Shown piece by piece: positions 1 to 10,976 of a stretch of DNA of 64,000 nucleotides. The translations under genes and the position numbers were made by a program. The DNA comes from Bryobacterales bacterium (GTDB taxonomy: Bacteria > Acidobacteriota > Terriglobia > Bryobacterales > UBA6623). Positions within the stretch are counted from its first letter, which is position 1. Each line of letters begins with the position of its first letter. The stretch is taken from assembly GCA_963422375.2 (NCBI GenBank), contig CAXXKD010000001.1, positions 192,001-256,000 of the forward strand. The letters are read 5' to 3'. The notes under the pieces were generated by a model. That model was not told the origin of the DNA, searched no databases, and saw nothing but the letters and a program-made list of their open reading frames with translations.

Positions 1-183
1 CCAGCTGTAGCTCGCCGCGCGCTCGCCCTCCGCCGGTCGGCCGTTGCGGCCCACTTCCCGGTAGATCGTGGCCCGCTTGCGGCCCGGCTGCCCGGCGATC
101 CTGTCCGCTCCCTAGCCCGCCGCCCGCAGCGTCTCGATCCGGCAGCGCTCCTCCTGCCTCACGTGCGTGTAGCTCTTCCGCAT
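1..183 (-). pseudogene. IS30-family transposase, N-terminal part with in-frame TAG; runs off the window edge
   Basis: Minus strand from ATG 183 reads MRKSYTHVRQEERCRIETLRAAG*GADRIAGQPGRKRATIYREVGRN, the IS30 N-terminal HTH pattern; TAG at 114-112. Confidence 0.85.
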
Positions 184-282
184 CTGCCTCCCTGCTCCTT
201 CCAGCACCTACCAGCCTACTGCCGCGACACCACCGGTCGCTGGCCCCCCCTCTCCCCTCCCTGCCATCTTGTGGCTCGGCGC

Positions 283-308
283 GTGTCGCACTTCGGAGTT
301 GAATGGGC
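283..308 (-). repeat. IS30-family terminal inverted repeat (left end)
   Basis: GTGTCGCACTTCGGAGTTGAATGGGC resembles typical IS30 ends (..GCACTTxxAxxTTGAAT..), about 100 bp upstream of the transposase ATG and followed by an abrupt AT-rich spacer. Confidence 0.65.
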
Positions 309-444
309 GATATACTTTTAATTAAATCACATAATATAACAATATACTAGAATTGAAATGGGAATTATATATCTGAGTGCCGAGGGAATCAAGTCGGCAA
401 ATTATCAATCCATTATAAGATTTCATATTTCTCCCGAATTTCCG

Positions 445-474
445 TTGACATTCTGTGGTGTTTCTTGGTAGAAT
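445..474 (+). promoter_or_regulatory. Sigma70-type promoter of the IS1595 transposase
   Basis: TTGACA (445-450), 18 nt, TAGAAT (469-474) with TGn extension; AGGGG-type RBS before ATG 498. Copy 2 has TTGAAA at the -35. Confidence 0.6.
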
Positions 475-497
475 AGTTCCAGTAGGGGATACCATAA

Positions 498-1403
498 ATG
501 AAGAAATCAGGTCCCGGAAAGTGGTTCCGTAAAGGCATCACATTGATCGAAGTGATCGCCATGTTCCCCGATGACGAATCCGCGGAAAAATGGTTCGCCT
601 CCATGCGCTGGCCCGACGGTCCGGTATGCCCCCACTGCCGCGGCTCCAGCGTGCAGTCCGACGCGGCCCACCCTTCGATGCCGTACCGTTGCCGCGGCTG
701 CGGGAAGCGCTTTTCGGTGCGCACCGGCAGCGTGATGGCCGACACCGAGCTCGGCTACCGCACCCGGGCCGTGGCCCTGTTCCTGCTGACCACCGGCATC
801 AAGGGCGTCTCGAGCATGAAGCTGCACCGCGACCTAGGCATCAGCCGGAAGTCGGCCTGGCACCTGGCGCACCGCATCCGCGCGTGCCGGGAGCGGGATC
901 GGGGCCTGTTCGCCGGCCCGGTGGAGGTGGACGAGACCTACGTCGGCGGCAAGGAACGCAACAAGCACGAGAGGAAGAAGGCCCGCGCCACGAACGCAGT
1001 GGCCGCGCGGCCGCTGCCGGGCACCGCCAAGGGCGACCTGCAGGGCTTCGTGCGCGGCCGGGTCGCGCCGGGGGCGCAGCTCTACTCCGACGAGGCGGCG
1101 GCCTACGCCGGCATGGCGGAGTTCGCGCACGAAGCCGTCAGGCACTCCGGCGGCGAGTACGTGCGCGGGGCAGCGCATGCGAACGGCATCGAGTCGTTTT
1201 GGTCCCTGTTCAAGCGCGGCCTGTACGGCACCTATCACCGGATGAGCGTCCGTCATCTCGGCCGCTACCTCACGGAGTTCGCGGGACGGTACAACGACCG
1301 CGACTGCGACACGGCGGAACGGATGCGGCGCATGGCGCGGGGCCTGGTCGGCCGGACGCTGACCTGCCGGCAGCTGACCGGCAAGGCCGCGGTCGCGGCC
1401 TGA
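498..1403 (+). CDS. IS1595-family transposase with a 51-nt in-frame deletion, probably inactive
   Basis: Zn ribbon CPHC..YRCRGC, VEVDETY, YSDE, NGIESFWSLFKR, YLTEF; lacks GRGPVGKTPVAGARDRA present in copy 2. Confidence 0.9.
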   Translation: MKKSGPGKWFRKGITLIEVIAMFPDDESAEKWFASMRWPDGPVCPHCRGSSVQSDAAHPSMPYRCRGCGKRFSVRTGSVMADTELGYRTRAVALFLLTTGIKGVSSMKLHRDLGISRKSAWHLAHRIRACRERDRGLFAGPVEVDETYVGGKERNKHERKKARATNAVAARPLPGTAKGDLQGFVRGRVAPGAQLYSDEAAAYAGMAEFAHEAVRHSGGEYVRGAAHANGIESFWSLFKRGLYGTYHRMSVRHLGRYLTEFAGRYNDRDCDTAERMRRMARGLVGRTLTCRQLTGKAAVAA

Positions 1404-1506
1404 GCGGCGACCGCCGCGCCAGCCCCTGCAACGCGCCGGCGCGCCGGGCCCGGGCCGGCGCCAGCCGTCCGCGCTGACGACGCACCCGAGCCTGTCCGCC
1501 GAGCAG

Positions 1507-2202
1507 GTGGCGGGCCTGCTGCGCTCGCGCTGGACGCAGGAGAACTTCTTCAAGTACATGCGCAGCGAGTTCGGGCTCGACACCCTGGCCGAGCACGCCC
1601 TGGCGGAGGTCGCTCCGGACACGCGGGTGACCAACCCGCCCTGGCGCGTGGCCGGGAACCTGCGCGAGAAGACCGAGGAGCGTCTCGGCCGGCTGCGCCG
1701 CCGGCTGGCCCGGGAAGAGCATCCCGACAGCGAGCGGGGCCGCCGGCTGCAAGCGCAGCCGGCCGCGGCCGACAGGCTCGAAAAGGGCCTGGCATGGGGC
1801 ATGAGCCACTGCCGGCAGCACGTCCCGGCGGGCGAGCTGGACCCGGAGGACCGCGTGACGGCCCTGCCCGCGCCGCTGCGCCACCTGCTCGAGACCGTGC
1901 GCGTGGCGGCCTGCCGGGCCGAGCCGGCCATGGCGGCCGTGGTCGCGCCCGAGCCGGCCAAGCCCGAGACGGCCCGCGAGCTGCTGCAGGCGCTGTTCCG
2001 CAGCGCGGCCGGCCTGCGCCCGGACCCGGCCGCGGGCACCCTCGCCGTGAGCCTGCTGCACCAATCCAGGCGGGCCCGCGACGAGGCGCTCGGACCGCTG
2101 ACCGCGGATCTCAACCGCGCCCGGGCGGCGTTCCCCGGCACGGACCTGCGCTTGTCCTACGAAATCCTGCCGGCCGCTCCGACGCGCCCGGCGGGGGCCT
2201 AG
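1507..2202 (+). pseudogene. C-terminal fragment of a DDE-type (IS4-like) transposase
   Basis: RSRWTQENFFKYMRSEFGLD resembles the RWxxENxF catalytic-Glu motif; no N-terminus; abuts the truncated IS1595. Confidence 0.7.
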
Positions 2203-3287
2203 CGCGGCTCCTCAGGCGGAGCGCTGGAAGCGCGGGCCTCCCCGGCGGCCCGGCCGGGTCCCGAGCCAGCCGCGACCAACCGCGGCGGGTTCCGCGCGGA
2301 GCACCCGCGGTCGCCGCCGACGACGGCCTTCCCCGGAGGTGACCGGACCGCTCCCGGTACCCGTCCCCGCCGGCTGGCCGGCGCAGTTACCGGTGACACC
2401 GCTCTCCCGCTCGAGGTACCAAGGCCCCGATCCATGCCTCCGCGGCTGCTCGCCCCAAGGCCGTCCGCGAGTCCCTGCGGCCAGCCCATCGCCCCGGCCA
2501 CACCGTCCCGCTCCCCTCCGACGCGAGACTCTTGGACAACCCAAAACTGCCTATGTTCGGAACTCTGTGCCTGCCGTGTCATAGGGCTCCGTCCTCTCCG
2601 TCTCCGTTCCCACGCTTCACGGATCACCGGAGTAGATCGCGGAAATAGCGCAGGTCAATTTATTGATCGATGACCGTACTTCTCCATGAATGATCGGTCT
2701 CAATTGACAATCCTTGACCAAGAGCTGTGGAGAGAAATCGACATAGGGATGGAGCATGAGGGCGGATTACGAGAAAGCCAAGCTCTCGAGGATGCCCGCA
2801 AGAGCCGTGCAAAGCCTCTAGATTGCCCGCGTGGAAACCGCCACGCAGGGAATCGAGCTTGACCCCCGTCCCAGAATCTTCGTCCCGGCTGCCCCGGGAG
2901 GAATCCAGTCGAGCGACTGCGAGACCGAGTTGCACGAGAGGCTCTTCGGTCTGCCTGCGAGCCGCATCCGAGACCGTGCGCAGCCGCGCGAGGAGGCACG
3001 ACGCCGCCGAGGAATCGGACGTCGCCGAGATCGCTTCTTCACCGGCCGTCCGGGGATGTGCCGTCGGTCCGCTCTCATTCCGGGCCTGCTCGCGTCGCGC
3101 GTGAACGGAGACTGCGACCGGCTGACAATGCTGGCGAAGCCCGTGCGTCCAGCAAGAGCCAGCATACGATACTAATGGATCTCGGTCGCCCACCGCGCCG
3201 TTCGTCGACGCGGTGCTTTCAGGCTTGCCGCCGCGGGCCGTAGGCGGCGCCCAGTTCCCTCCTCGCCCCGGTACCCGCAATCCGCTC

Positions 3288-4745
3288 ATGCTGCTGCTCT
3301 TGATCCTCGCCTGCCTGCCGCTCGCGGCCGAGTCGGGCTCCCTGCCCAACTTCGTAGTCATCCTCGCTGACGACCAGGGCTACGCCGACCTCGGAGTGCA
3401 AGGCCACCCGTACATCCGAACTCCGCGAATCGACCGAATGGCGGCGGAGGGCCTCCGCTTCACGGATTTCTACGCCCAGCCCTTCTGCGGTCCGGCGAGG
3501 GCCGCCTTGATGACCGGCACCTACCCGTCGCGCAACAGCCTCATGTTCAACCACATCCCCGGGGCTCGGACGGGAATCCATCCGAACGAGATCACGATCG
3601 CCGAACTACTCCGTGACCGAGGCTACGCGACAACGATGCTGGGCAAGTGGCACTTGGGTGACGCGCCCGACTTCCTGCCCACCCGCAACGGCTTCGACTC
3701 GTATTACGGGCTGCCGTACTCCAACGACATGTGGCCATTCCACCCCAAGATCGAGCGCCGCCCCGACGAAAGCGAGCGCATGCGCTACACCCGGGAGCGC
3801 ACGGACTACACCGGATACGCCCAGTCCGACGAGACGTATCCGTTGGACTGGTTCCCGCCCCTGCCACTCGTCGAGAACGAGGCCGTCATCGAGACCAACC
3901 CGCTCCAGGAGCGCCTGACGGGCGACTACACCGATCGCGCGATCGAGTTCATCCGTTCCAATCGCGAGCGCCCGTTTTTCGTCTACATCGCGCATGCCAT
4001 GCCCCACGTGCCTCTGTTCCGGGGGCGCGCCTTCCGCGACAGGTCGCTGCGAGGGCTGTACGGGGACGTCATCGAGGAGATCGATCACCACACGGGGCGC
4101 GTCCTCGACGTTCTGGAAGAGCTCGGGATCGACGGGAACACCCTAGTCTTCTTCACGTCCGACAACGGCCCGTGGGCCGGGTACGGCATCGACGCCGGCT
4201 CGGCCGGGCTGCTGCGCGGGAGCAAGGGCACGGTCTTCGAGGGAGGGATTCGCGTGCCGGCGATCATGCGCTGGCCGGGTCGCATCCCGGCGGGCCTGGT
4301 GACCTCCGAGGTGGCCTCGATCATGGACATCTTCCCGACGCTGGCCAGCTTGGCGGAGGGGCAGCCGCCCGGCGACCGGACGATAGACGGGCGCGACTTG
4401 CAGCCCCTGTGGGAGGATCCGGACGAGGCCCGCGGGCACGAGACGCTCTATTTCTTCGAGGGCGGATTCCGCTACCGGGCCGAAGACGGCCCGCCTGCGA
4501 ACGATCCAATCCTGCGAGCCGTTCGCTCGGGGCCGTGGAAGCTGCACGTGAGCACGGAACAGGGCGAAGGCGATTCGGTGACGATCGAGCCCGGGGAGCT
4601 GTTCCAGCTGCACTGGAATCCCAGCGAGTCGCGCGACGTGGCCGCCAAGCATCCCGACATAGTCGAGCGCCTGGCGGGCCGGGCCAAGTCGTTCATGAGG
4701 GGCTTGCTCAAGGACATTCGCCCGCTGGGCCGTCTCGCTGACTGA
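3288..4745 (+). CDS. Secreted sulfatase (arylsulfatase A-like)
   Basis: Signal peptide MLLLLILAC..; PNFVVILADDQG, CGPARAALMTG (CxPxR), GKWHLG, FTSDNG. Confidence 0.95.
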   Translation: MLLLLILACLPLAAESGSLPNFVVILADDQGYADLGVQGHPYIRTPRIDRMAAEGLRFTDFYAQPFCGPARAALMTGTYPSRNSLMFNHIPGARTGIHPNEITIAELLRDRGYATTMLGKWHLGDAPDFLPTRNGFDSYYGLPYSNDMWPFHPKIERRPDESERMRYTRERTDYTGYAQSDETYPLDWFPPLPLVENEAVIETNPLQERLTGDYTDRAIEFIRSNRERPFFVYIAHAMPHVPLFRGRAFRDRSLRGLYGDVIEEIDHHTGRVLDVLEELGIDGNTLVFFTSDNGPWAGYGIDAGSAGLLRGSKGTVFEGGIRVPAIMRWPGRIPAGLVTSEVASIMDIFPTLASLAEGQPPGDRTIDGRDLQPLWEDPDEARGHETLYFFEGGFRYRAEDGPPANDPILRAVRSGPWKLHVSTEQGEGDSVTIEPGELFQLHWNPSESRDVAAKHPDIVERLAGRAKSFMRGLLKDIRPLGRLAD

Positions 4746-4762
4746 CGGAGCCGGGAAGGGGG

Positions 4763-7048
4763 CTACTCGACGGCGTAGAGTCCGATGTCGATGCCCCTCT
4801 GACCGTCGGAGCGGTCCCCTGTCGCCGCGATCACGTTCGTGCCCTCGCGCAGCAGGCCCGCGCTGCCGCTCAGGTCCATGTGGTGGTAGTGGCGCCCGCC
4901 GGGCCGGATGTCGCCGAAGTTGAAGACCTCCTCCCCGTTGAGGTAGATCGCTCCGCTGTCGACTCCGCGGTAGGTTTCGAGCCAGAGGCTCTCGGGCACG
5001 GACTCGACCTCGAACGTCCTGCGCAGCCAGATCTGGCCGCTCGTCCAGACCTTGCCGGTCGGGAACTGGGCGTCCTCGCCGCTCTGGAACGGGCCGGGCG
5101 CGCTCTGCCACCCTTCGCTTTCCGTGCCGGTCGTCCATCCGTCTTCCGGCGCGTCCATGCGGTACTGCCATTCGCGAGGCACGGTTTCCGAGGTCGGCAG
5201 AAGCGCCCTTTCAACGCCTTCGGACCTGTAGATCAGGCCGTGGAGCGGCTCGAGGGCGTCCCTGTCGAACTTGACCAGCTCCCTGTCGTAGGTCATCAGG
5301 CCGTTGACTTCGCCCTCGACGTCGGTCGTCTGCGTGTAGATGGCCGCCGCGAGGCCGAGCGCGCGCGGACCCACGAGATTGCTCACGACCTCTTCGTACT
5401 TGGCATGCAGGTCCTCGTGGCTGAAGTAGGTCCGGTAGCCCCAGTTGCGCCTGTCGGTCCACCACAAGTGCCCCTCGACCGGCCAGCCCAGACCGCCGAA
5501 TTCGCCGAGCAGGGTGGCCCGGCCGGGCGTGACCCGTTCCATGCCGGGACCCGGGTACATGTGCGCGTCGTACACGTCCCCGATCCCGCGGTCCGTCCAG
5601 CCGCTCGTGGTGTTGACGAGACGCGTCGGGTCGCGCTCGCGCACGAAGCGGTCGATCCGCTCCACGTCGTACTGGCCCCACCCTTCGTTGAACGGCACCC
5701 ACATGACGATGGAGGGGAAGAACGAGAACGCGTCGACGAGCTCCGCCAGCTCGGCTTCGAACTGCGCGGCCGAGTCCTCCGGTCGCTGCGCGTCTTCCGG
5801 GTCGGCCGGGCCTACCCGCAGATTGCCCTCGCTGCCCCGGCGCAGGTTGCCGTTGGGCATGTCCTGCCAGACCAGCAGCCCGAGCCGGTCGCAGTGGTAG
5901 TACCACCGCGCCGGCTCGACCTTGACGTGCTTGCGCGCCGTGTTGAATCCGAGCATCTTGGTTACTTCGATGTCGTAGCGCAGGGCCTCGTCGGTCGGGG
6001 CCGTGTAAAGCCCGTCGGGCCACCAGCCCTGGTCGAGGGGCCCGAACATGAAGAGCGGCTCGCCGTTCAGCGCCAGGCGGGAGAAGCCGCGCGAGTCCTC
6101 CACCAGGGATATGTCGCGGATGGCGAAGTAGCTGGTCACCCGGTCCAAGTCCTCGCCGTCGCGGGCGAGGGTCACGTCCAGGTCGTACAGGTTGGGCGCG
6201 TCGGGCGTCCACAGCTGCGGATCCTCCACGCGGAGCCGCACGGCTTCGCCCGGCGTGCCGCGGGCCTCGCCCACCCGGCTCCCGTCGCGATAGGCTGCCA
6301 GCCTCACCGTGCATCCCGGGCAGCTCCCCCGGGTGGAAACGGTGATTTCCGCCGCCCCGCCGGGCCGGTCGGGCTCGATCCTGAGGGAGTCCACCGAGAC
6401 CGCCGGGACGGGCTCGGCCCAGACCGTCTGCCAGATGCCCGTGATCGAGGTGTACCAGATGCCGCTCGGCGCGCTCACCTGCTTGCCGCGGGCCTGCGTC
6501 CAGGTGTCGGTCGGATCCCAGACGGAGACGGCCAGGTCCTGCTCGGCGCCCTCTGCGAGCAGGTCCGTCACGTCGAAGGTAAAGGGCGTGTAGCCGCCCT
6601 TGTGCTCGCCGGCCTGCTCGCCGTTCACGTACACGCGGGCGTGCCAGTCGACGGCCCCGAAGTGCAGCAGAATCCGCTCGCCGCGCCATTCGGGCGGCAC
6701 CTCGAACGACCGCCGGTACCACAGGGAGCGCTCCAGACCGGGCACCTCGCCGACACCGGAGAGCGTGGACTCGATCGCGAAGGGAACCAGGATCTGCCCG
6801 TCGAAAGCGGCCGGCCGCCCGGCCTCCTTGGGCGTGAGCGCGTAGTCCCACTGCCCGTTGAGATTCAGCCAGCGCCCGCGGACCATCTGCGGACGCGGGT
6901 ATTCGGGCCAGGGCAGGGCGGGGTCCACGTCCGCGGCGAACCGGCTCGTCATCGGGACTTCCTCCGCCGGCTCGGTGCAGCCCCAGGTCCCGGCGAGCGC
7001 GAGCGCTCCCGCGCATGCGAGAATTTGGCGGCGGATCGTCGCGGGCAT
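4763..7048 (-). CDS. Glycoside hydrolase family 2 (beta-galactosidase-like), probable lipoprotein
   Basis: WPEYPRPQ, LHFGAVDW, LDQGWWPDGLYTAP, WVPFNEGWG, LGEFGG; signal ending ..GTWGC; start taken at ATG 7048. Confidence 0.92.
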   Translation of the reverse strand: MPATIRRQILACAGALALAGTWGCTEPAEEVPMTSRFAADVDPALPWPEYPRPQMVRGRWLNLNGQWDYALTPKEAGRPAAFDGQILVPFAIESTLSGVGEVPGLERSLWYRRSFEVPPEWRGERILLHFGAVDWHARVYVNGEQAGEHKGGYTPFTFDVTDLLAEGAEQDLAVSVWDPTDTWTQARGKQVSAPSGIWYTSITGIWQTVWAEPVPAVSVDSLRIEPDRPGGAAEITVSTRGSCPGCTVRLAAYRDGSRVGEARGTPGEAVRLRVEDPQLWTPDAPNLYDLDVTLARDGEDLDRVTSYFAIRDISLVEDSRGFSRLALNGEPLFMFGPLDQGWWPDGLYTAPTDEALRYDIEVTKMLGFNTARKHVKVEPARWYYHCDRLGLLVWQDMPNGNLRRGSEGNLRVGPADPEDAQRPEDSAAQFEAELAELVDAFSFFPSIVMWVPFNEGWGQYDVERIDRFVRERDPTRLVNTTSGWTDRGIGDVYDAHMYPGPGMERVTPGRATLLGEFGGLGWPVEGHLWWTDRRNWGYRTYFSHEDLHAKYEEVVSNLVGPRALGLAAAIYTQTTDVEGEVNGLMTYDRELVKFDRDALEPLHGLIYRSEGVERALLPTSETVPREWQYRMDAPEDGWTTGTESEGWQSAPGPFQSGEDAQFPTGKVWTSGQIWLRRTFEVESVPESLWLETYRGVDSGAIYLNGEEVFNFGDIRPGGRHYHHMDLSGSAGLLREGTNVIAATGDRSDGQRGIDIGLYAVE

Positions 7049-7139
7049 CCATGAAAGGCTAGCAGACCCCCGGTCCGTTCCCGGCGCGCCCGGCCCGCGG
7101 TCGGCGCATGTTCGCGCCGCGCGGGACGGGAATCCGGAG

Positions 7140-7978
7140 ATGATCCTGACCCTCACTCTCAACCCCGCCATCGACCTGGCGCGCGGCGCTTCGACTTCGG
7201 CGGCAGGGCCTTCCTCGAGTCGGAGCTCGAGACCGCCGGGGGGAAGGGGATCAACGCGGCTCGGGTCATCCACTCCTACGGCGGCGCGGTCCTCGCGGTA
7301 GCGCCGGTCGGAGGGCGCAACGGGCGGAGATGCGGCGAGCTGCTCCGGGCCGACGGCGTGCCGGCCGACCTAGTGAGGGTGGAGGCGAAGACGCGGCGGA
7401 ACGTGGCCGTCTCGGACCGCGCCGGCGCGACTCTCAAGCTGGACCAGAGGGGCCGCGCGCTCTCCGCCGGGGAACTGGCCCGCGTCGCAGCCGCGGTGGA
7501 GCGGCGCCTGCCCGGCCTGCGCTGGCTGATGCTGGCGGGCAGCGTCGCTCCCGGCAGCCCCCTCGGAGCCTACCGGCGCTTCGCGAGGATGGGCCGGCGT
7601 GCAGGCGTGCCCGTCCTAGTGGACACGAGCGGGCCGTCCCTGGCGGAGGCGCTGGAGGAGGGCCCGGCGCTGGCCAAGCCGAACCGGCGGGAGGCCGCCG
7701 ACCTGCTCGGGCGAGAGATCCCCGGAACCGACGAGGCGGTTCGGGCCGCCGAGGAAGTGCGCCGGCGCGGGGCCGAGCGGGTCGTGCTCTCGCTCGGCGG
7801 CGACGGCGCGGTCGTCGCCAGGTGCCCGGTCGGTTCCGGGGACGTCCTGGCCGCGGTCTGCGTCTGGTCCTTGGATCGCGGGGATCCGTTCGCGGACGCC
7901 CTGCGCCGGGGCGTGGCGGCCGCGACGGTCGCGGCTTCGCTGCCCGGTCTCGAGTTCGGGAGCCCGGCGCAGGTCTAG
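7140..7978 (+). pseudogene. 1-phosphofructokinase/PfkB-family sugar kinase, frameshifted
   Basis: MILTLTLNPAIDL from ATG 7140, shift near 7180 to ..AGGKGINAARV.., KPNRREA, SLGGDGA, PVGSGD; the spacer before GxGD looks shortened. Confidence 0.85.
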
Positions 7979-8010
7979 TCCATGCTCGTCCGGGTCGCAG
8001 TGCGCGCCGG

Positions 8011-8628
8011 CTAGCCTCCCTCGCCTCCGGCGCGCAGGTGGCGGTCGATCTCGCCGACCAGCTGGTTGACGCTGCGCTCGGCGGCCTTTCCCAGGCACGA
8101 GACCACGGAGCGCACCTCGCTGGCCGGGACCGGCTCGGCCGCCGCCGCGCTGCCCGACCAGACGACCCTCCCGGTCGCGGCGTCTACCAGCTCGAGGGCC
8201 AGCCCGGCGGCAGCCTGCACCCGCCCCTCGTAGTCGATCTCCTCGAGCTGCAGCAGCTCTCCGCGCAGAATGAAGTCAGCCTCGGTCCTGCCGTCGAAAG
8301 GAACCACGGAGGCGAATGTGCCGCGCGCCGCGAGTTCGAGGGCCAGGAGGCGGCCGATGCTGTCCTCGGGATCCTCGGCCCAGCGGTGGTACTCGTAGAA
8401 GCCGACCTGCTCCCGGGACTCGCGGTAGACGATGCGGCCTTGGCCGACCAGCTTGCCGGCGCGCAGCGGCATGAGGACGGCCGTCCCGTCGAGCCGCTCC
8501 GCGGCAGGCGCCGGGGCGGGGAGGTCCAAGGCGTAGTAGAGCGTGGGAGGCGCCTTGCCCCCGCATGCAGTCCACGCGACGATCGCGGCTAGGACCGCGA
8601 CAGACCGCGTGTGCGAGAGCGGTTGCAT
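8011..8628 (-). CDS. PqiC-like ABC-transport auxiliary lipoprotein
   Basis: Lipobox WTAC, YYAL, IVYR...YEYHRWAEDP pattern. Confidence 0.85.
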   Translation of the reverse strand: MQPLSHTRSVAVLAAIVAWTACGGKAPPTLYYALDLPAPAPAAERLDGTAVLMPLRAGKLVGQGRIVYRESREQVGFYEYHRWAEDPEDSIGRLLALELAARGTFASVVPFDGRTEADFILRGELLQLEEIDYEGRVQAAAGLALELVDAATGRVVWSGSAAAAEPVPASEVRSVVSCLGKAAERSVNQLVGEIDRHLRAGGEGG

Positions 8629-8653
8629 GCTAATCTTGGGCCAGCAAGTCATT

Positions 8654-8965
8654 ATGGTCGCTCCTGCGCTTTCCTGCTATCGCTGCGGCCATCCGCAGCG
8701 CCTCGTGCCGCGCGAGAAGATCGGGCGGCGCGACGCGTGCGTCGGCTGCGGAGCCGACCTGCACTCCTGCGTCCATTGTCGCTTCTACGATCCCAGCCGC
8801 GACAACCAGTGCGCGGAACCCCAAGCGGAATGGGTGCGGGACAAGGAGAGCGCGAACTTCTGCGGCTACTACGAGGTTCGCACGTCCGTCAACCTGACGG
8901 CGCGAGGCGGCACCAACAAGGCGGCCGACGCCCGCGCCGCCTTCAATAGCCTCTTCCGGAAGTAA
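8654..8965 (+). CDS. Small Cys-rich (zinc-binding) hypothetical protein
   Basis: CYRC..CVGC..HSCVHC..C..ANFCGYY, ends AFNSLFRK. Confidence 0.8.
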   Translation: MVAPALSCYRCGHPQRLVPREKIGRRDACVGCGADLHSCVHCRFYDPSRDNQCAEPQAEWVRDKESANFCGYYEVRTSVNLTARGGTNKAADARAAFNSLFRK

Positions 8966-8995
8966 GGGCCCGCTGCGGGCCGGAGCGCCGCGACC

Positions 8996-10948
8996 GTGCA
9001 AGTGCAGGACGTTGTCACGCCGGGAACGGCTCGCGGCGGGCGCGACCCCGCCACCGGCCTGTCGCAGGTAGAGCGGGTTTGCGGCATCTACGGCGTGGAC
9101 GGCTGGGGCTTCGGCTACTTCGGGGCGAACGAAGCCGGTCACCTGACCGTCGCTCCGCTCAAGATCCCGCGGCTGAGCGTCGACGTGTACGAGGTGGTCC
9201 GCCGGCAGGTGCGCGGGCAGCAGGCCCCGCCCTTCCTGCTGCGCTTCCCGCAGGTGCTGGACGAGCGACTGGCCGCCCTGCACGAGGCCTTCAGCGCCGC
9301 GATCGAGGAGTTCGAATACGCTGGCCGGCACATCGCGGCCTACCCGGTCAAGGTCAACCAGAAGGCCGCGGTGCTGCGGCGTCTCGTCGAATCCGGGCGG
9401 CGGTACGACTACGGCCTGGAGGTCGGGAGCAAGGCCGAGCTCGTCGCCGCGCTCGCGATGCCGCTGTCGGAGAGCGCCCTGATCGTCTGCAACGGGCTGA
9501 AGGACGAGCTCTACCTGCGCCTCGCCATGCAGGCGGGCCGGCTCGGGCGGCAGGCGGTGATCGTCGTCGAGGATCTCGAGGATCTGCGCATGACGCTGCG
9601 CCTCGCGCGGACTCTCGGCCTGGCGCCTCCGATCGGACTGCGGGTGAAGCTGAGCGCGCGCGGCAGCGGCAAATGGGAGGATTCCGGCGGCGAGTTCGCG
9701 AAGTTCGGCATGAGCACCCTGGCCCTGGTGCGGGCCCTCGCCCTGGTCGAGGAGGCCGGCGCGCGCGACCGGCTGCGGATGCTGCACTTCCATATCGGGT
9801 CGCAGGTCAACGACATCCGGCGCGCCAAGTACGCCTTCAAAGAGGCGGCCCGCGTCTACGCGAAGACGCGCCAGACAGGCTTCGCGATCAAGTACCTGAA
9901 CGTCGGGGGCGGGCTGGGCGTGGACTACGACGGGTCCCGCACGGCAAGCCAGTTCTCCATGAACTACACCGTGCAGGAGTTCGCCAACGACATTGTCTAC
10001 GCTATCGGCGAGGTCTGCGACGCCGAGGACGTCCCGGCCCCGACGATCGTCACCGAGCACGGGCGGGCCATGGTGGCCTACCACGCGATGCTGGTCGTGG
10101 ACGTGCGCAAGGTCGTCACCCCGGGCGTGGCCGACGGGGACTTCGAGGGAATCGAGTCCGAATCCGAGCCGGTGCTGGAGCTGGTCGACCTGTCCCAGGG
10201 GATCAACGCGAAGAACTTCTGGGAGCGCTACCACGACGCCGTGCAGCAGCGCGGCGACGTGAATTCGCTGTTCGAGCTCGGCTACCTCGGGCTGCAGGAC
10301 AAGGCCAAGGGCGAATGGCTGTTCTGGAGGATCTGCCGCGAGGTCGCGAGGCTGTCGCGGACGATGAAGGACCGTCCCGAGGAATTCGAGGACTTGGAGC
10401 GGATGCTGGCCTCGAAGTACGTCTGCAACTTCTCGATGTTCCAGTCGCTCCCCGATTTCTGGGCCTTCGACCAGCTCTTCCCGATCGTGCCGCTGCACCG
10501 GCTCGACGAGCTGCCGACGGAACGGGGCGTGCTGTGCGACATCACCTGCGACTCCGACGGCACGCTCGACCGCTTCGTCGACACGAAGCACTTCAAGGAG
10601 TCGCTGGAGCTGCACACCCTGCGCCCGGGCGAGCCGTACTATCTCGGGGTCATGCTCCTCGGGGCGTATCAGGAGACCCTCGGCGACGTGCATAACCTGT
10701 TCGGGGTGGTGACGGAACTCAACGTGAGCGTCGAGCCCGACGGCAGGTGCGTAGTCGACCAGCCGGTCCGCGGCGACCGCGTGCGGGACGTTCTCGGCGA
10801 TATCGATCTCCAGCCCGAGGCCCTGCGCGAGGCGCTCGCCCGGCGCCTCGCCGAGCGCAAGGCGTCCGGCTTGATCGGCGACGAGGACGAGCACGAGGTG
10901 CTGGCCACGTCCTCCCGCGTGCTCGACGACTATACTTACTTGGTTTGA
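8996..10948 (+). CDS. speA: Biosynthetic arginine decarboxylase
   Basis: YPVKVNQ (PLP Lys), GLEVGSKAEL, HFHIGSQ, GGGLGVDYDGS, FQSLPDFW, CDSDG, GAYQE. Confidence 0.95.
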   Translation: MQVQDVVTPGTARGGRDPATGLSQVERVCGIYGVDGWGFGYFGANEAGHLTVAPLKIPRLSVDVYEVVRRQVRGQQAPPFLLRFPQVLDERLAALHEAFSAAIEEFEYAGRHIAAYPVKVNQKAAVLRRLVESGRRYDYGLEVGSKAELVAALAMPLSESALIVCNGLKDELYLRLAMQAGRLGRQAVIVVEDLEDLRMTLRLARTLGLAPPIGLRVKLSARGSGKWEDSGGEFAKFGMSTLALVRALALVEEAGARDRLRMLHFHIGSQVNDIRRAKYAFKEAARVYAKTRQTGFAIKYLNVGGGLGVDYDGSRTASQFSMNYTVQEFANDIVYAIGEVCDAEDVPAPTIVTEHGRAMVAYHAMLVVDVRKVVTPGVADGDFEGIESESEPVLELVDLSQGINAKNFWERYHDAVQQRGDVNSLFELGYLGLQDKAKGEWLFWRICREVARLSRTMKDRPEEFEDLERMLASKYVCNFSMFQSLPDFWAFDQLFPIVPLHRLDELPTERGVLCDITCDSDGTLDRFVDTKHFKESLELHTLRPGEPYYLGVMLLGAYQETLGDVHNLFGVVTELNVSVEPDGRCVVDQPVRGDRVRDVLGDIDLQPEALREALARRLAERKASGLIGDEDEHEVLATSSRVLDDYTYLV

Positions 10949-10976
10949 GGCCCGCGGTCCGCGGGCGGCGCGCCGA

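Larger units (their letters stand above)
360..1420 (+). mobile_element. IS1595-family element copy 1 (left IR present, right end missing)
   Basis: IR TGGGAATTATATATCTGAGTGCCGA at 359-383; near-identical to the copy at 56575 until shortly after the stop codon, then diverges. Confidence 0.9.

Noticed and set aside
2203..3200. Possible gene or ncRNA between the transposase fragment and the sulfatase
   Set aside because: Only short or interrupted frames without recognisable motifs; no structure I can support.
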